64,000 nt of DNA from Pseudomonadota bacterium (GCA_043809315.1 JAZDDX010000029.1:32001-96000), one strand, 5' to 3'. Shown: positions 18,734 to 28,415, numbered from the stretch's first letter. The notes: generated from the letters alone by a model not told the origin. Translations and numbers: made by a program.

Positions 18734-19573
18734 ATGTCGATTCGAAAAACGTCCGTCGTCTGCTCGATCTTGATCCTCTCTCTTGCCGGCTGCTATTTGC
18801 CGGAGGACGATGAACACGGAGCCTGGGGAGAAACTTCGGGCGGATACGGAGGGGGGGTCTGCGGTAGCTCGTACTCGGGTCGGTCACTCACCACGGCCCC
18901 GGACGCCGGCTCGGTGACCTATAACCAGATCTTTTCGGCGGTCGATAACGCCACAATCGAAGGGGAAGGGTTTTTCGTCGATTTCGGAAACGGGACCGAG
19001 ATTTTCGTCTCGAGCCACTTCACCGACAATCCGCACGACATCTCGAACGTCCAGAGGAAGTTCCAGGCGATTCTGAAAGGGGTCAACAAAGTGACTTACC
19101 CCACCCCGCAGTCACTAGAGGTCTTCGTCGAGAGCAAAGCGGTCCTTGGATCGGAAAACCGAGTTTTGACCGTCGACGAATACGAGGCGCTGGCCCGACA
19201 GGTTCGAGAACTCGGCCATAAGAAGACGATCCAACTCGTCTACTACAAGGATCTGACGTTCGAGTTCGACACGGTTCGTTTCTCCTGCGCGAAAATCACG
19301 GAAATCGCCTCGACCACGGAGACGACCGGCGGAAGCGTCTATCTCTTCACCGTTTCTTTTTCGGACGGAACCGATCCCTTAAGCGTCGTCGCCGGCACGT
19401 CGGAGTCCAACTCGCTCGGCCTCCTGGCTGGGATTCAGTCTCAGATCGAAGGGTGCAAAGGGAGTAACCGATCGATCGTAGCGACTGGACTTCAATTCCA
19501 GGAGCAGATTTACACCTGTGACGGAACCCGCTCCGGCTGGACGACGTTCCACACGGAAGTCCGGGTGGAGTAG
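18734..19573 (+). CDS. Hypothetical lipoprotein
   Basis: AGGAG RBS; lipobox LAGC after a hydrophobic stretch. Confidence 0.8.
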   Translation: MSIRKTSVVCSILILSLAGCYLPEDDEHGAWGETSGGYGGGVCGSSYSGRSLTTAPDAGSVTYNQIFSAVDNATIEGEGFFVDFGNGTEIFVSSHFTDNPHDISNVQRKFQAILKGVNKVTYPTPQSLEVFVESKAVLGSENRVLTVDEYEALARQVRELGHKKTIQLVYYKDLTFEFDTVRFSCAKITEIASTTETTGGSVYLFTVSFSDGTDPLSVVAGTSESNSLGLLAGIQSQIEGCKGSNRSIVATGLQFQEQIYTCDGTRSGWTTFHTEVRVE

Positions 19574-19575
19574 GA

Positions 19576-19932
19576 TCATTTTTTTTGATTAAAAACGGTC
19601 TTCAGCACCTTTGCGAGCGCCGGCAGATCGCTCCGAACGGTCTCCCAAACAATGTCGATATCCACGTCGAAGTATCCGTGGATGAGTCGGTTCCTGGCCC
19701 CCACCATGTTGGCCCATGGGATCTCTTTGTGTGCGACCTGAAAGCGCTTCGAAACTCTCCCTGCCGCTTCCCCGATGATTTCCAGGTCTTTGATCAGCGC
19801 CAGGGTCAGCATCCGATCGTCGCGGAGATCCTTCCTCGACTTCCCCCTCGCGAATCGAAGCGCCTCCGTGACCGCATCCAACATATGCCGAAGCCGGATC
19901 CGATCGGCGCCCCTCTTCGACTCAGGCGGCAT
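19576..19932 (-). CDS. HEPN/DUF86 (HepT-like) ribonuclease toxin
   Basis: LEIIGEAA, IPW, RNRLIHGY (RX4H motif followed by Tyr), IVWE. Confidence 0.92.
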   Translation of the reverse strand: MPPESKRGADRIRLRHMLDAVTEALRFARGKSRKDLRDDRMLTLALIKDLEIIGEAAGRVSKRFQVAHKEIPWANMVGARNRLIHGYFDVDIDIVWETVRSDLPALAKVLKTVFNQKK

Positions 19933-20425
19933 AGAGCTCGAAAGCCTCTCGCGCTACCTCGTTCCGAAAATATCGGCTCAATTCCGACGGCGTCTTGAGA
20001 TCGACTTTCCGGCCTCCCAAGAGGCCCGATAGCTCGGTGGCCATCCCGGACATGGCAAAAATGCCGGGTTCCTCCCCCTTTCGGAATGCCACCAGAACAT
20101 CGACATCGCTGTCCGGACGAAAATCCGATCGTAAGACCGACCCGAAAAGCGCCAGTTTCCGGATGGCATGTCTCCGACAGAATTCCGCCAACGCGCTCCG
20201 CGACAGAACCAGGTTCTTCCGGACGGCCTCCGGGCCGAAACCGGCATGATCGATCTCACTCAACCCCAAGATCGTCGACAGCAGGTCACTCCGGCTTACG
20301 CCCCGCCGTTGACTCTCTTTCCCAAGCCACCTCGCCTGCAAGGGGGGAAGGGTGAACGAAACGCGCACGCGCCGCTCCTCCCCTTTCAATGGCCGTCCCA
20401 CCCGGGCTCGCGCTTCCGATGGCAT
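19922..20425 (-). CDS. MntA-like minimal nucleotidyltransferase antitoxin with N-terminal RHH-like DNA-binding extension
   Basis: GSX10DXD motif (FGSVLRSDFRPDSDVD), GRKVDL; N-terminal GRP..RVSFTLP...GVSRSDLL. Confidence 0.9.
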   Translation of the reverse strand: MPSEARARVGRPLKGEERRVRVSFTLPPLQARWLGKESQRRGVSRSDLLSTILGLSEIDHAGFGPEAVRKNLVLSRSALAEFCRRHAIRKLALFGSVLRSDFRPDSDVDVLVAFRKGEEPGIFAMSGMATELSGLLGGRKVDLKTPSELSRYFRNEVAREAFELYAA

Positions 20426-20460
20426 GCCTATTATGTATTACATAATTGGCAATTTGTCAA
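20425..20460 (-). promoter_or_regulatory. TA promoter with operator palindrome
   Basis: TTGACA-17-TACATA-6-ATG; inverted repeat ATTATGTA-T-TACATAAT (20430-20446) flanked by GCC/GGC. Confidence 0.65.
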
Positions 20461-20466
20461 TATCTA

Positions 20467-21072
20467 TTAGATCCGCTTTAATTCCTGCTCGAGAATCCGC
20501 TGACCACCGCTCGGGTAGGTATAATAGACCCCCAGCCGCATCTTTCCGCTCTCGAGTTTAAAAACCCACACCCCCGAACGATCGAATCCGGCCGGGATAT
20601 CCTTCCCCGGAAGGCACGGCCCACCGGTCTTTTTCACGGTCCCCTTCAGATACCGGTAGGCGAGAAACAGATCGGACGGTTTCAGGTTGAGCCGCGTCGC
20701 CACCCAGGGGGGGATCTCTTTGAACGAAGCCCGCTCCCCGGTCCAGGTGATCGTACCGTCGTCGAACGTCCAGGCCTGATCGTCCGCTAGGACGGTTTCT
20801 TTCTGCGATTCCCCGGTCTCGACCGTTCCGATCAGCCGTCCCTTCGTTTCCCGAAGTTCCATCGCGATCCTTGTCCCGGCGCCGTCCCCCTGCGGGTTTC
20901 CCCCCGCGGTCGTTTCCCTCAGATTGACCGTGATCGCCCCTCTCCAGCGCCCTTCTAGTGATCCGAGTTTCATGGTTCCCCCCTCTTTATCAACCTTGTT
21001 GAGACGTCCATCGGACGTTTGGGCCAAAATCATGACCAAAAAAACTACCATCATCGTGATCATTCTCTTCAT
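20467..21072 (-). CDS. Hypothetical secreted protein
   Basis: MKRMITMMVVFLVMILA signal peptide; ATGA-coupled to the rarA stop. Confidence 0.7.
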   Translation of the reverse strand: MKRMITMMVVFLVMILAQTSDGRLNKVDKEGGTMKLGSLEGRWRGAITVNLRETTAGGNPQGDGAGTRIAMELRETKGRLIGTVETGESQKETVLADDQAWTFDDGTITWTGERASFKEIPPWVATRLNLKPSDLFLAYRYLKGTVKKTGGPCLPGKDIPAGFDRSGVWVFKLESGKMRLGVYYTYPSGGQRILEQELKRI

Positions 21073-22415
21073 GACTTCTTCTCCGATTGCCCGCGCTGGC
21101 GCCGCCGGATTTCTTCCCAATACTGTTTCCGCTCGCCGAGTTCCTTCTCTTTCCCCTGATCGGTCGGCTCATAGTAGCGACGGTTCCGCAGTTTCTCCGG
21201 CATGCACTCGAGCGCGGTTGTCTTTTCCTCGGTCTTGTGCGCGTACTCGTACCCCTTGCCGTAGTCGAGTTCCTTCATCAGCTTCGTCGACGCGTTCCGG
21301 ATCGCGAGCGGCACCGGATAGACGTGCCCATCGCGAAGATCTTTCTCAACCCGGCCGTACCCGACGTAAAGTGCGTTCGATTTCGGCGCCAGCGCCAGAT
21401 AGCTGGTGGCCTGCGCCAATGCCAACTTCCCCTCCGGCACGCCAAGAAAATGGATCGCGTCGCGCGCCGCGACTGCCACGACCAGCGCCTGCGGATCGGC
21501 GTTCCCGACATCCTCGCTCGCGAACCGGATCAACCTCCGCGCGACGTAGAGTGGGTCTTCGCCGGCCTCGAGCATTCTTCCCAGCCAGTACATTGCCGCA
21601 TCCGGATCGCCGTTCCGCATACTCTTGTGAAGTGCCGAGATGACGTTGTAATGCTCCTCCCCCGTCTTGTCGTAGAGAAGCGCCGCTCTCTGATTCGCCC
21701 GATCCACCACCGACCGGTCGACCGTCTTCCCCGGCTCGACCAATTCCGAGGCGGTCTCCAATAAATTGAGAGACAGTCGTGCGTCCCCCGGCGCCATCAT
21801 CGCCAGATATTCGAAAGCGTCGTCGGAGACGGCGAGATTCTTCCCCTTGAGCTTTGGGTCCTGGGCGAGCGCGCGCTTGAGCAGCGAAACCAGATCGGGA
21901 AGCGAGAGAGGATCGAGCGTGTAGATCCGCATCCGGGAGAGAAGCGCGCTGATTATTTCGAATGAAGGGTTCTCCGTCGTCGCCCCCATCAGAATCACGT
22001 CGCCCCGCTCGACGAACGGAAGGAATGCGTCCTGTTGCGCCTTGTTGAACCGGTGGATCTCGTCGACGAAGATGACCGTCTGTCGCTTCCCCATGCGACG
22101 GCTCTGCTCCGCCTGGAGCATCACCTCGCGAACTTCCTTGATCCCCGAAAGAACCGCCGAGAACGGCACGAACCGGTACCCGCTCTGTTCCGCGAGGATT
22201 TGGGCGATCGTCGTTTTGCCCGACCCCGGGGGACCCCAAAGGATGAAGGAGTGGAGGGTTCCGGTCTTGAGGGCGCTCGTCAAAAGCCCGGTCGGGCCGA
22301 CCAGGTGCTGTTGCCCGACCACCTCCTCCAGCTTTTTTGGGCGCATCCTTGCGGCGAGCGGGGTGTCGCCGGACCGTTCCAGCGGCTTCTCCGTCGTTGT
22401 GGAAAAGAGATCCAT
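21069..22415 (-). CDS. rarA: Replication-associated recombination protein A (MgsA/RarA)
   Basis: PLAARMRP, GPPGSGKTT, DEIHRFNKAQQD, GATTENP, SALHKS.R, ASEDVGNADP, APKSN. Confidence 0.97.
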   Translation of the reverse strand: MDLFSTTTEKPLERSGDTPLAARMRPKKLEEVVGQQHLVGPTGLLTSALKTGTLHSFILWGPPGSGKTTIAQILAEQSGYRFVPFSAVLSGIKEVREVMLQAEQSRRMGKRQTVIFVDEIHRFNKAQQDAFLPFVERGDVILMGATTENPSFEIISALLSRMRIYTLDPLSLPDLVSLLKRALAQDPKLKGKNLAVSDDAFEYLAMMAPGDARLSLNLLETASELVEPGKTVDRSVVDRANQRAALLYDKTGEEHYNVISALHKSMRNGDPDAAMYWLGRMLEAGEDPLYVARRLIRFASEDVGNADPQALVVAVAARDAIHFLGVPEGKLALAQATSYLALAPKSNALYVGYGRVEKDLRDGHVYPVPLAIRNASTKLMKELDYGKGYEYAHKTEEKTTALECMPEKLRNRRYYEPTDQGKEKELGERKQYWEEIRRRQRGQSEKKS

Positions 22416-22468
22416 CGGCTACGGTGCCGTTCTAGCCCCGCCCCGGCGCGGAAGCAAGGAGCCAGACG

Positions 22469-22921
22469 ATGAAAGGAAAACCCCCCCGACTCTCCCACGT
22501 GGAGATGATCCAGCAGGTCCTCCCGGGCGACACCAACCCGCACGGCACCGTCTTCGGCGGAAAGGTGATGCAGTGGATCGACATCGCCGGAGCGGTCTCG
22601 GCAATGCGGCACGTGAAGGGGCCGGTCGTGACCGCCTCGTTCGACCGGGTCGATTTCCTCGCTCCGGGAAAATTAGGGCACATCATGGTTCTCAAGGGGC
22701 AGGTGAACTATTCGGGAAGAACCTCCCTCGAGGTCGGAGTGGAGGTGCATGCGGAGGACCCGATGACCGGCGAGCGTGTGATGACGACGAAAGCGGTGAT
22801 CACATACGTGGCGATCGACGCCAAGGGACGTCCGGTCCCGGTTCCGCGGGTTCTGCCGGAGACGGCCGAGGAAAAGCGAAGGTTTCATGATGGCGAGGTG
22901 CGCCGGAAAGCACGGAAATGA
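22469..22921 (+). CDS. Acyl-CoA thioesterase (HotDog, YciA-like)
   Basis: DTNPHGTVFGG, VTAS.D...F, GRTSLEVGV, YVAID..GRPVPVP. Confidence 0.92.
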   Translation: MKGKPPRLSHVEMIQQVLPGDTNPHGTVFGGKVMQWIDIAGAVSAMRHVKGPVVTASFDRVDFLAPGKLGHIMVLKGQVNYSGRTSLEVGVEVHAEDPMTGERVMTTKAVITYVAIDAKGRPVPVPRVLPETAEEKRRFHDGEVRRKARK

Positions 22922-23793
22922 AGCGGCACGCAGCGCTGATTCTGGCGTTGTTCGTTTCGGTACCCGGCTTTGCCCAGACACCGACCCCGACCCCGGGTCC
23001 GGAGCACCCTGATTTCGAAGCCTGTTTCCGGAAATGTACCGAAACTCGTTGTCCAAGGTTATCAGCCAGCCAGAGCTGCGAAGCTGTTTGCTCGTCCAAC
23101 TGTTCCTTGGGGGGGATTATCCTTGGTCCGCATTCGGACCGACAGTCCTCTCTCCCCGGAGCCAAGACCGATGCAGGAAGCAGCCGCCCATCGAGCGACG
23201 ACTCCGACGTAGATCCGCTCGCTTTGGTCGCGGTCGCCGTCCTCATGGTCACGCCGATGTTCTATTACGCGGTCGATCGTCCCCCCTCGGAGTCCCAAGA
23301 GGACGCGTTCGGACGATTCAAGCTATCCATTCAGGGCGGCTTGGGTGCGGCACTCCCCGGAAACGCGTTGTTCCGGGCCGGGGGAACCGCTCGCTATGCG
23401 TTCGGTTGGCTCGGCTTCGACTGGATCGGCACTCGGGGAGGGGATGACCGCTTCAACCGCGCGAGCTTGATCGCCGGAGTCAGTCTCCCCCCGAAACGGC
23501 ACATCGAGATGGCGGTGGTCGGCGGCCCGATGTGGGAATGGGGGAGCGGAAGCCAGAGCCTCGGGGGGTTTTTCGGGCTTCCGTCCCGGTTCCTTTTACC
23601 GAGCGATTTTCAGATCCGCATCGACCCGAGGATCGGACGGGTATCGAACCGAACGACGGCCGACTTGGGCGGCCATTTCGGAATTCCGCTGGGAAGGCGG
23701 ACACAAGCGTTGATCGGGGGACAAGTGCTGTTCCGCGGCAAGGACGCGAGTGGCGGACCCCAGCTTCTGATCGAGACCAATCCCTGGAACTAA
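22918..23793 (+). CDS. Hypothetical secreted/membrane protein with Cys-rich N-terminal region
   Basis: Signal peptide, TPTPTP linker, six Cys (CxxxC pattern), Gly/aromatic beta-strand C-terminus; ATGA-coupled. Confidence 0.65.
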   Translation: MKRHAALILALFVSVPGFAQTPTPTPGPEHPDFEACFRKCTETRCPRLSASQSCEAVCSSNCSLGGIILGPHSDRQSSLPGAKTDAGSSRPSSDDSDVDPLALVAVAVLMVTPMFYYAVDRPPSESQEDAFGRFKLSIQGGLGAALPGNALFRAGGTARYAFGWLGFDWIGTRGGDDRFNRASLIAGVSLPPKRHIEMAVVGGPMWEWGSGSQSLGGFFGLPSRFLLPSDFQIRIDPRIGRVSNRTTADLGGHFGIPLGRRTQALIGGQVLFRGKDASGGPQLLIETNPWN

Positions 23794-24281
23794 TGAAATC
23801 TGAGGCTGAAGGCGGTGAGCCAGTCAAGGGTCACCACGGTCCGGGGGGGACCGACCGGTGAGATGAACAAGCTCACGCCGGTGTTTAGTTCGTAGCGATC
23901 GCCCAAAGGAAGCACGATGCCGCTGCCGAGACGGAGGTCGAGAGCGTTCTGTTTGTCGTATACCCCGTATCCGGCGCCGAACAGGCCGTAGATCGCGGCG
24001 GGACCGAGGTAGACGACGTCGTACCGGAACTGCGGCATCATCTGGAAGCGGAACTCCTTGCTCGCCCCGAAGAGCGCCATCAGCCCGAACCCCATTCGGT
24101 ATCCGAGGTCGTAATTGAACTCCCCGCCGACCCGCACTTGGTTGTGCCAATTCTTCAGGTTGAACGATGGCCCCCCTTCCACGCCCAAGGAATAGTCCCC
24201 CGGGCCCGCCCATGCGGGAGCGGCCCCGACAAAAAGAACGGACAAAACCAAGGCAAAGACGGTCGTTCTAAGCTTCAACAT
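23790..24281 (-). CDS. Small outer-membrane beta-barrel-like protein
   Basis: Signal peptide ending AWA; about eight amphipathic strands; C-terminal FSLRFH. Confidence 0.7.
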   Translation of the reverse strand: MLKLRTTVFALVLSVLFVGAAPAWAGPGDYSLGVEGGPSFNLKNWHNQVRVGGEFNYDLGYRMGFGLMALFGASKEFRFQMMPQFRYDVVYLGPAAIYGLFGAGYGVYDKQNALDLRLGSGIVLPLGDRYELNTGVSLFISPVGPPRTVVTLDWLTAFSLRFH

Positions 24282-24389
24282 CGTACGAAAACCATAGCTT
24301 AGGCTTCTCTCGTTGGGAAGAAACGGACGCCCCACCGGGGTCTCAATGCCATTGATCTCTCTTCATTCTTTTGGTAGACGCACTGAATC

Positions 24390-24713
24390 ATGACCAAAAC
24401 CGCCTTGCTCTGCGCCTTGTACTTGGTTCTTTCCGCCTCCGTCGCCCAAGGGGCGACCTGCAAGTTCATCTATTGGGGTCCTCTGGCCGGCCAGTCAAAT
24501 TCCGACGCTCAACCGGTGAGCCTTGATGGAGAAACGAGGACGGTGGTTACACAAGAGGATTGTGAAACTCTCGCGCTCAAGGAATTGACCAATTCGTTAA
24601 ATGAAACGCGCTCTACCGGCAGGATCGTGAACAGTAACCGCCTAGAGACCACGACGATCGTCGTGAAAGACCTGGAATATATTTTTGAGGTTCGCGAGCA
24701 CATCATGAAATAG
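24390..24713 (+). CDS. Hypothetical secreted protein
   Basis: Signal peptide MTKTALLCALYLVLSASVAQG; TTGATC-17-TAGACG just upstream. Confidence 0.65.
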   Translation: MTKTALLCALYLVLSASVAQGATCKFIYWGPLAGQSNSDAQPVSLDGETRTVVTQEDCETLALKELTNSLNETRSTGRIVNSNRLETTTIVVKDLEYIFEVREHIMK

Positions 24714-24733
24714 ATTTCCCCGGAGGCCCCCCA

Positions 24734-25282
24734 ATGACCCGACAAACATTTCGTTCCATCCTGCTTCTCTCCATTCTCTCCCTTTCGGTAAAGGTCTACG
24801 CAACCGACTGTCGTCTGCTGAAACCGGGCGAACAGGTCAAGAGCGCGTTCGTCACGTTGCATACGATCCAGGGAGACATCGGGGTGACGGTCACGGTACC
24901 CGATCTGAATGAGACGATCGGCAATTGCTCATTCGGCAGAGGGGGGATGATGGCCGGCAATAAACAGACCTATCACTTCACGGAAGCACCGTTCCCTACG
25001 GTTAAGATTCAACCCTGGGTGAACGAGATTCTCGGCTCGGCAACTCAGGTTGTCACGTACACGGATGTGACCGTGGATGTGTCGACAAGCCCGTCCGTCC
25101 CGAGCTTGTTGTTTTCCGGACCCTCCAAAAAAGTGCTCGGATTGCAGGTCGAGAGTGTCTCGGGGGTATCCGGTCATGGCGTGATCGGTTTGACTCCGGG
25201 CGTTCAGGCAAACAGTGCCGATGCCAGCGCCTGGGTATCGTACGGTACATTTTCAGCGAATCATTACGAACTTCGTAATTAG
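24734..25282 (+). CDS. Hypothetical secreted beta-rich protein
   Basis: GGAGG RBS; signal peptide ending VYA; V/T/S-rich. Confidence 0.7.
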   Translation: MTRQTFRSILLLSILSLSVKVYATDCRLLKPGEQVKSAFVTLHTIQGDIGVTVTVPDLNETIGNCSFGRGGMMAGNKQTYHFTEAPFPTVKIQPWVNEILGSATQVVTYTDVTVDVSTSPSVPSLLFSGPSKKVLGLQVESVSGVSGHGVIGLTPGVQANSADASAWVSYGTFSANHYELRN

Positions 25283-25452
25283 ATTTCGATAATCCAAATC
25301 CCGCGCTCGGTTTTTTCATCCTCGTGTTTCTTTGGCCGTCGAGGATCGAGCATCGGGGGTTCCGGAAGGGGGAGGTGGAGCGGCAACGGCTGCTGGTACC
25401 CGTCGTGACGGTTCCTGTCGTCTTTGAAGTCCCGTCTCTGTTTCGGCAGCAT
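25279..25452 (-). CDS. 57-aa small protein (not in ORF track)
   Basis: MLPKQRRDFKDDRNRHDGYQQPLPLHLPLPEPPMLDPRRPKKHEDEKTERGIWIIEI*; GGAG RBS; sigma54 promoter and IHF site directly upstream. Confidence 0.7.
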   Translation of the reverse strand: MLPKQRRDFKDDRNRHDGYQQPLPLHLPLPEPPMLDPRRPKKHEDEKTERGIWIIEI

Positions 25453-25478
25453 TTTCGTGCTCTCCGACTCCTATAAAT

Positions 25479-25521
25479 CGCAACGGACGTGCCAGGTTTC
25501 GAAGCACCTAACTTATTGATA
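25479..25521 (-). promoter_or_regulatory. Sigma54 promoter plus IHF site
   Basis: TGGCACGTCCGTTGCG (25479-25494) and TATCAATAAGTTA (25509-25521, perfect WATCAANNNNTTR). Confidence 0.8.
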
Positions 25522-25600
25522 ACATGGATTTACGCCGCGCGTCAGAGACCCGCACCTGAGCTGAATTTGAGCAGGGGTGGAACTTTAAAGCCGCACCGCT

Positions 25601-26863
25601 CTAGGGCTTGCTGGTCGGCGTGACGAACCGGTTGTAGAGCCACATCAGAATCGTCGTCAGCAGACCGACCGCCCCCACGACGTACCACATCCGTTCGGGG
25701 GCGTGCTGAACCTCTCCGAAGTAATGAAGGAGCCGGCCGGCGAGTCTCCCCCCGACTAGGTACCCGATCCCGATCGGAAGAAACGCATACCCCATGAACA
25801 GCCCTTGCTGTCCCGGAGGGGCGAGCCTCGACACATACTCGTAATAGCGTGGAGCTTGCGTGACCTCTCCGATCGCAAGCAGAACCAGCGTTGCGGCGAT
25901 CAACCCCGTGCTGCCGCCGAACGTCAGGAAGAGAAAACTCAAGCTCGAGATCAAGACGCCGACAATCATCGCCGGGAAGGCTGGGATTTTCCGTGTGAGA
26001 TAAGTCACCAAGAATGTCGTCGCGATGACCGTCACCGCTTCGATCGCCAGCAAGCGGTCGATGTCGGCGTTCGGATCCACGTAGTCGCGGATGAAGATCG
26101 GCAGCGCCAGGTATTGCTGCCAGAACATCACCCAGAATCCGGAGAAGATCAGAAGGAACGTCATGAACTTCACGTTGCCGAGGACCTTGAACAGGTTTCC
26201 GAACGCCACTCCGAGGCTCGCGACCTTCGGCTCGTTTACGCGCGGAGGTTCGCGGTAGAAGAAAAACGTCACGAAGGCCATGGCGAGACAGGTGGCGGCG
26301 CTGACGCGGAAGACGTTCTCGACCCCGACTGATTTTCGGACGACCGACGCGACGATCGGGCCGATCGCGGCGCCGATGTTCACGACGGTGTAATAGATCG
26401 AGTATCCGATCGAGCGGACGTCGTCCGCAGCCGAGCGGGCCGTCGTGCCGACGACGACCGGCTTGACGACCGCCGGCCCGATCGCCGGAACCAGCATCAG
26501 AATGTGCATCAATGCGAAGAGCGGGAGGATCTCCCGGATCGGGGCCATCCACGAAGCCGAGAGCGACCCCAGCAGGAAGTTTCCGATCGCGAGGATCACG
26601 AACGCGCCGATGAGTGTCCGGCGGAAGCCGAAGCGGTCGGCGAGGGTCCCGCCGATGATCGGCATGAACCAGACGATGAAGCCGTAATACCCGATCAGCC
26701 AGGTGGATTGTTCGCTCGAAAGCCCCAGGTGCTCATGGAGGTAGATCGCGAGAACCGCCTGCGGGCCGTAGTACGCGAGCCGTTCGAAAAGCTCGGTGAA
26801 GTTCGCGATCCAGAACGTGCGGTGAAACCCTTTTCGAATCCTCTCAAACCAGCCTGCGGTCAT
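25601..26863 (-). CDS. MFS transporter, POT/peptide-transporter-like
   Basis: ELFERLAYYG (ExxER motif), GGTLADRFGFRR, GYSIYY..VNIG; about 12 TM helices. Confidence 0.9.
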   Translation of the reverse strand: MTAGWFERIRKGFHRTFWIANFTELFERLAYYGPQAVLAIYLHEHLGLSSEQSTWLIGYYGFIVWFMPIIGGTLADRFGFRRTLIGAFVILAIGNFLLGSLSASWMAPIREILPLFALMHILMLVPAIGPAVVKPVVVGTTARSAADDVRSIGYSIYYTVVNIGAAIGPIVASVVRKSVGVENVFRVSAATCLAMAFVTFFFYREPPRVNEPKVASLGVAFGNLFKVLGNVKFMTFLLIFSGFWVMFWQQYLALPIFIRDYVDPNADIDRLLAIEAVTVIATTFLVTYLTRKIPAFPAMIVGVLISSLSFLFLTFGGSTGLIAATLVLLAIGEVTQAPRYYEYVSRLAPPGQQGLFMGYAFLPIGIGYLVGGRLAGRLLHYFGEVQHAPERMWYVVGAVGLLTTILMWLYNRFVTPTSKP

Positions 26864-26891
26864 CGTGATCTCTCCTTTTCAGCTGAATGTT

Positions 26892-28406
26892 CTACGTCTG
26901 GATCCTCGGGAACAAGGGCTTGGAAAGAGCGGTCCGGAAGAGCGCTTGCTCCCCCGCCGGCGGGGAGAGGGTTTCGCCGGCACCGATGGCGGCGAGAAGC
27001 TCTTTCATTTTGACCGGCATCATCGGAAGGAGGCAGAGGCCGGCCCAACGGAGACTTTCAAGAAGGATGTACATCAGTTCGGCGAGCTTCGGTTTGTTGG
27101 CCGGATCTTTCGCCATCGTCCAGGGCTGCCTCCGGTCGATCAGTTGGTTCGCTTCCGTAACCAACTTCCAGGCCTCTTCGAGAGCCTTGTCGATGAAGAG
27201 TGAATTCATATGCCCGTGGTAGCGCGTGATGATTCTACGGATGTTCTCCAGTTCGACGGTTAGGGTGAACTTCTCGGGCTTGCGGAGTTCCTTGCCGAGG
27301 TATTTCTCCGCCATCGAGATTGTGCGGCTCAGAAGGTTCCCCAGGTCGTTCGCCAGGTCGGCGTTGTAACGGAGGGTCAATCTTTCTTCCGAGAAGTCGC
27401 CGTCTTTGTCCCACGGAACCTCGCGCATCAGGTGATACCGGATCACGTCGGCTCCGAACTGTTTTGCGAGCGCGCGCGGGTCGGCGATCACCCCTCGGCT
27501 CTTCGACATCTTCTCCCCCCCCATCGAAACAAATCCGTGCGCCCAGACCGACTTCGGAAGGGGGAGCCCCGCTGCCATCAGCATTGCCGGCCAGATGAGA
27601 CAGTGAAACCGCGTGATGTCCTTGCCGATCACATGCAGGTCGGCCGGCCAGTACTTCCCGTATTTCGGTCCGCCGATCGGGCCGACGGCCGAGATGTAGT
27701 TGATCAAAGCGTCGAACCAGACGTAGGCGACCGCCTTCTCGTCGAACGGGAGCTTCACCCCCCAGTCCTTGTTCGCCCGCGAGATCGAGACATCCTCGAG
27801 CCCTAGCTCCAGGACCCTGAGGATCTCGTTCCGCCTCGTCTCGGGACGCAGAAACCCTGGATTCTTCGCGAAATGGTCTTTGAGCTGTGCCGAGAAGGCG
27901 CTCAAACGGAAGAAGTAGTTCTCCTCCCGGATCCACTCCGGCTTCGTCTTGTGATTCGGGCAGAGCCCCCCTTCGAGATCTTTCTCCTGGTAGAACGCCT
28001 CGCACGAAACGCAGTAGTGTCCCTCGTACGGCGCCTTGAAGATGACCGCCTGTCCTTGGGCGTCTTTGGCGGCGTGAATCCGCTTTGCGACCTCCCGGAC
28101 CGTCTCGTGATGGATCGGTTCCGAGGTCTGAATGAAGCGATCGTTCGAGACGTGGAGTTCGGCCCAGGTCGCCCTGAACTCCTCCGCCATCCGGTCGCAG
28201 TAGGTCTTGGGATCGAGTTTCAGCTCGTCCGCTTTCTTCCGGACGTTCTGGGAGTGCTCGTCGTTCCCCATCACGAAGAGGACGTCGTCCCCTTGCAAAC
28301 GCCGGTACCGAGCGATGACGTCGGCACCGATCTTCTCGTACGCCGTCCCCAAGTGCGGGGTCGAGTTGGCGTAATCGATCGCCGTCGTAACGTAGAATTT
28401 GGGCAT
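26892..28406 (-). CDS. metG: Methionine--tRNA ligase (short form, no C-terminal tRNA-binding domain)
   Basis: YVTTAIDY, PHLGT, GNDEH, YVWFDALINY, GKDITRFH, KMSKS, LANDLGNL. Confidence 0.97.
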   Translation of the reverse strand: MPKFYVTTAIDYANSTPHLGTAYEKIGADVIARYRRLQGDDVLFVMGNDEHSQNVRKKADELKLDPKTYCDRMAEEFRATWAELHVSNDRFIQTSEPIHHETVREVAKRIHAAKDAQGQAVIFKAPYEGHYCVSCEAFYQEKDLEGGLCPNHKTKPEWIREENYFFRLSAFSAQLKDHFAKNPGFLRPETRRNEILRVLELGLEDVSISRANKDWGVKLPFDEKAVAYVWFDALINYISAVGPIGGPKYGKYWPADLHVIGKDITRFHCLIWPAMLMAAGLPLPKSVWAHGFVSMGGEKMSKSRGVIADPRALAKQFGADVIRYHLMREVPWDKDGDFSEERLTLRYNADLANDLGNLLSRTISMAEKYLGKELRKPEKFTLTVELENIRRIITRYHGHMNSLFIDKALEEAWKLVTEANQLIDRRQPWTMAKDPANKPKLAELMYILLESLRWAGLCLLPMMPVKMKELLAAIGAGETLSPPAGEQALFRTALSKPLFPRIQT

Positions 28407-28415
28407 GAACCCCGA

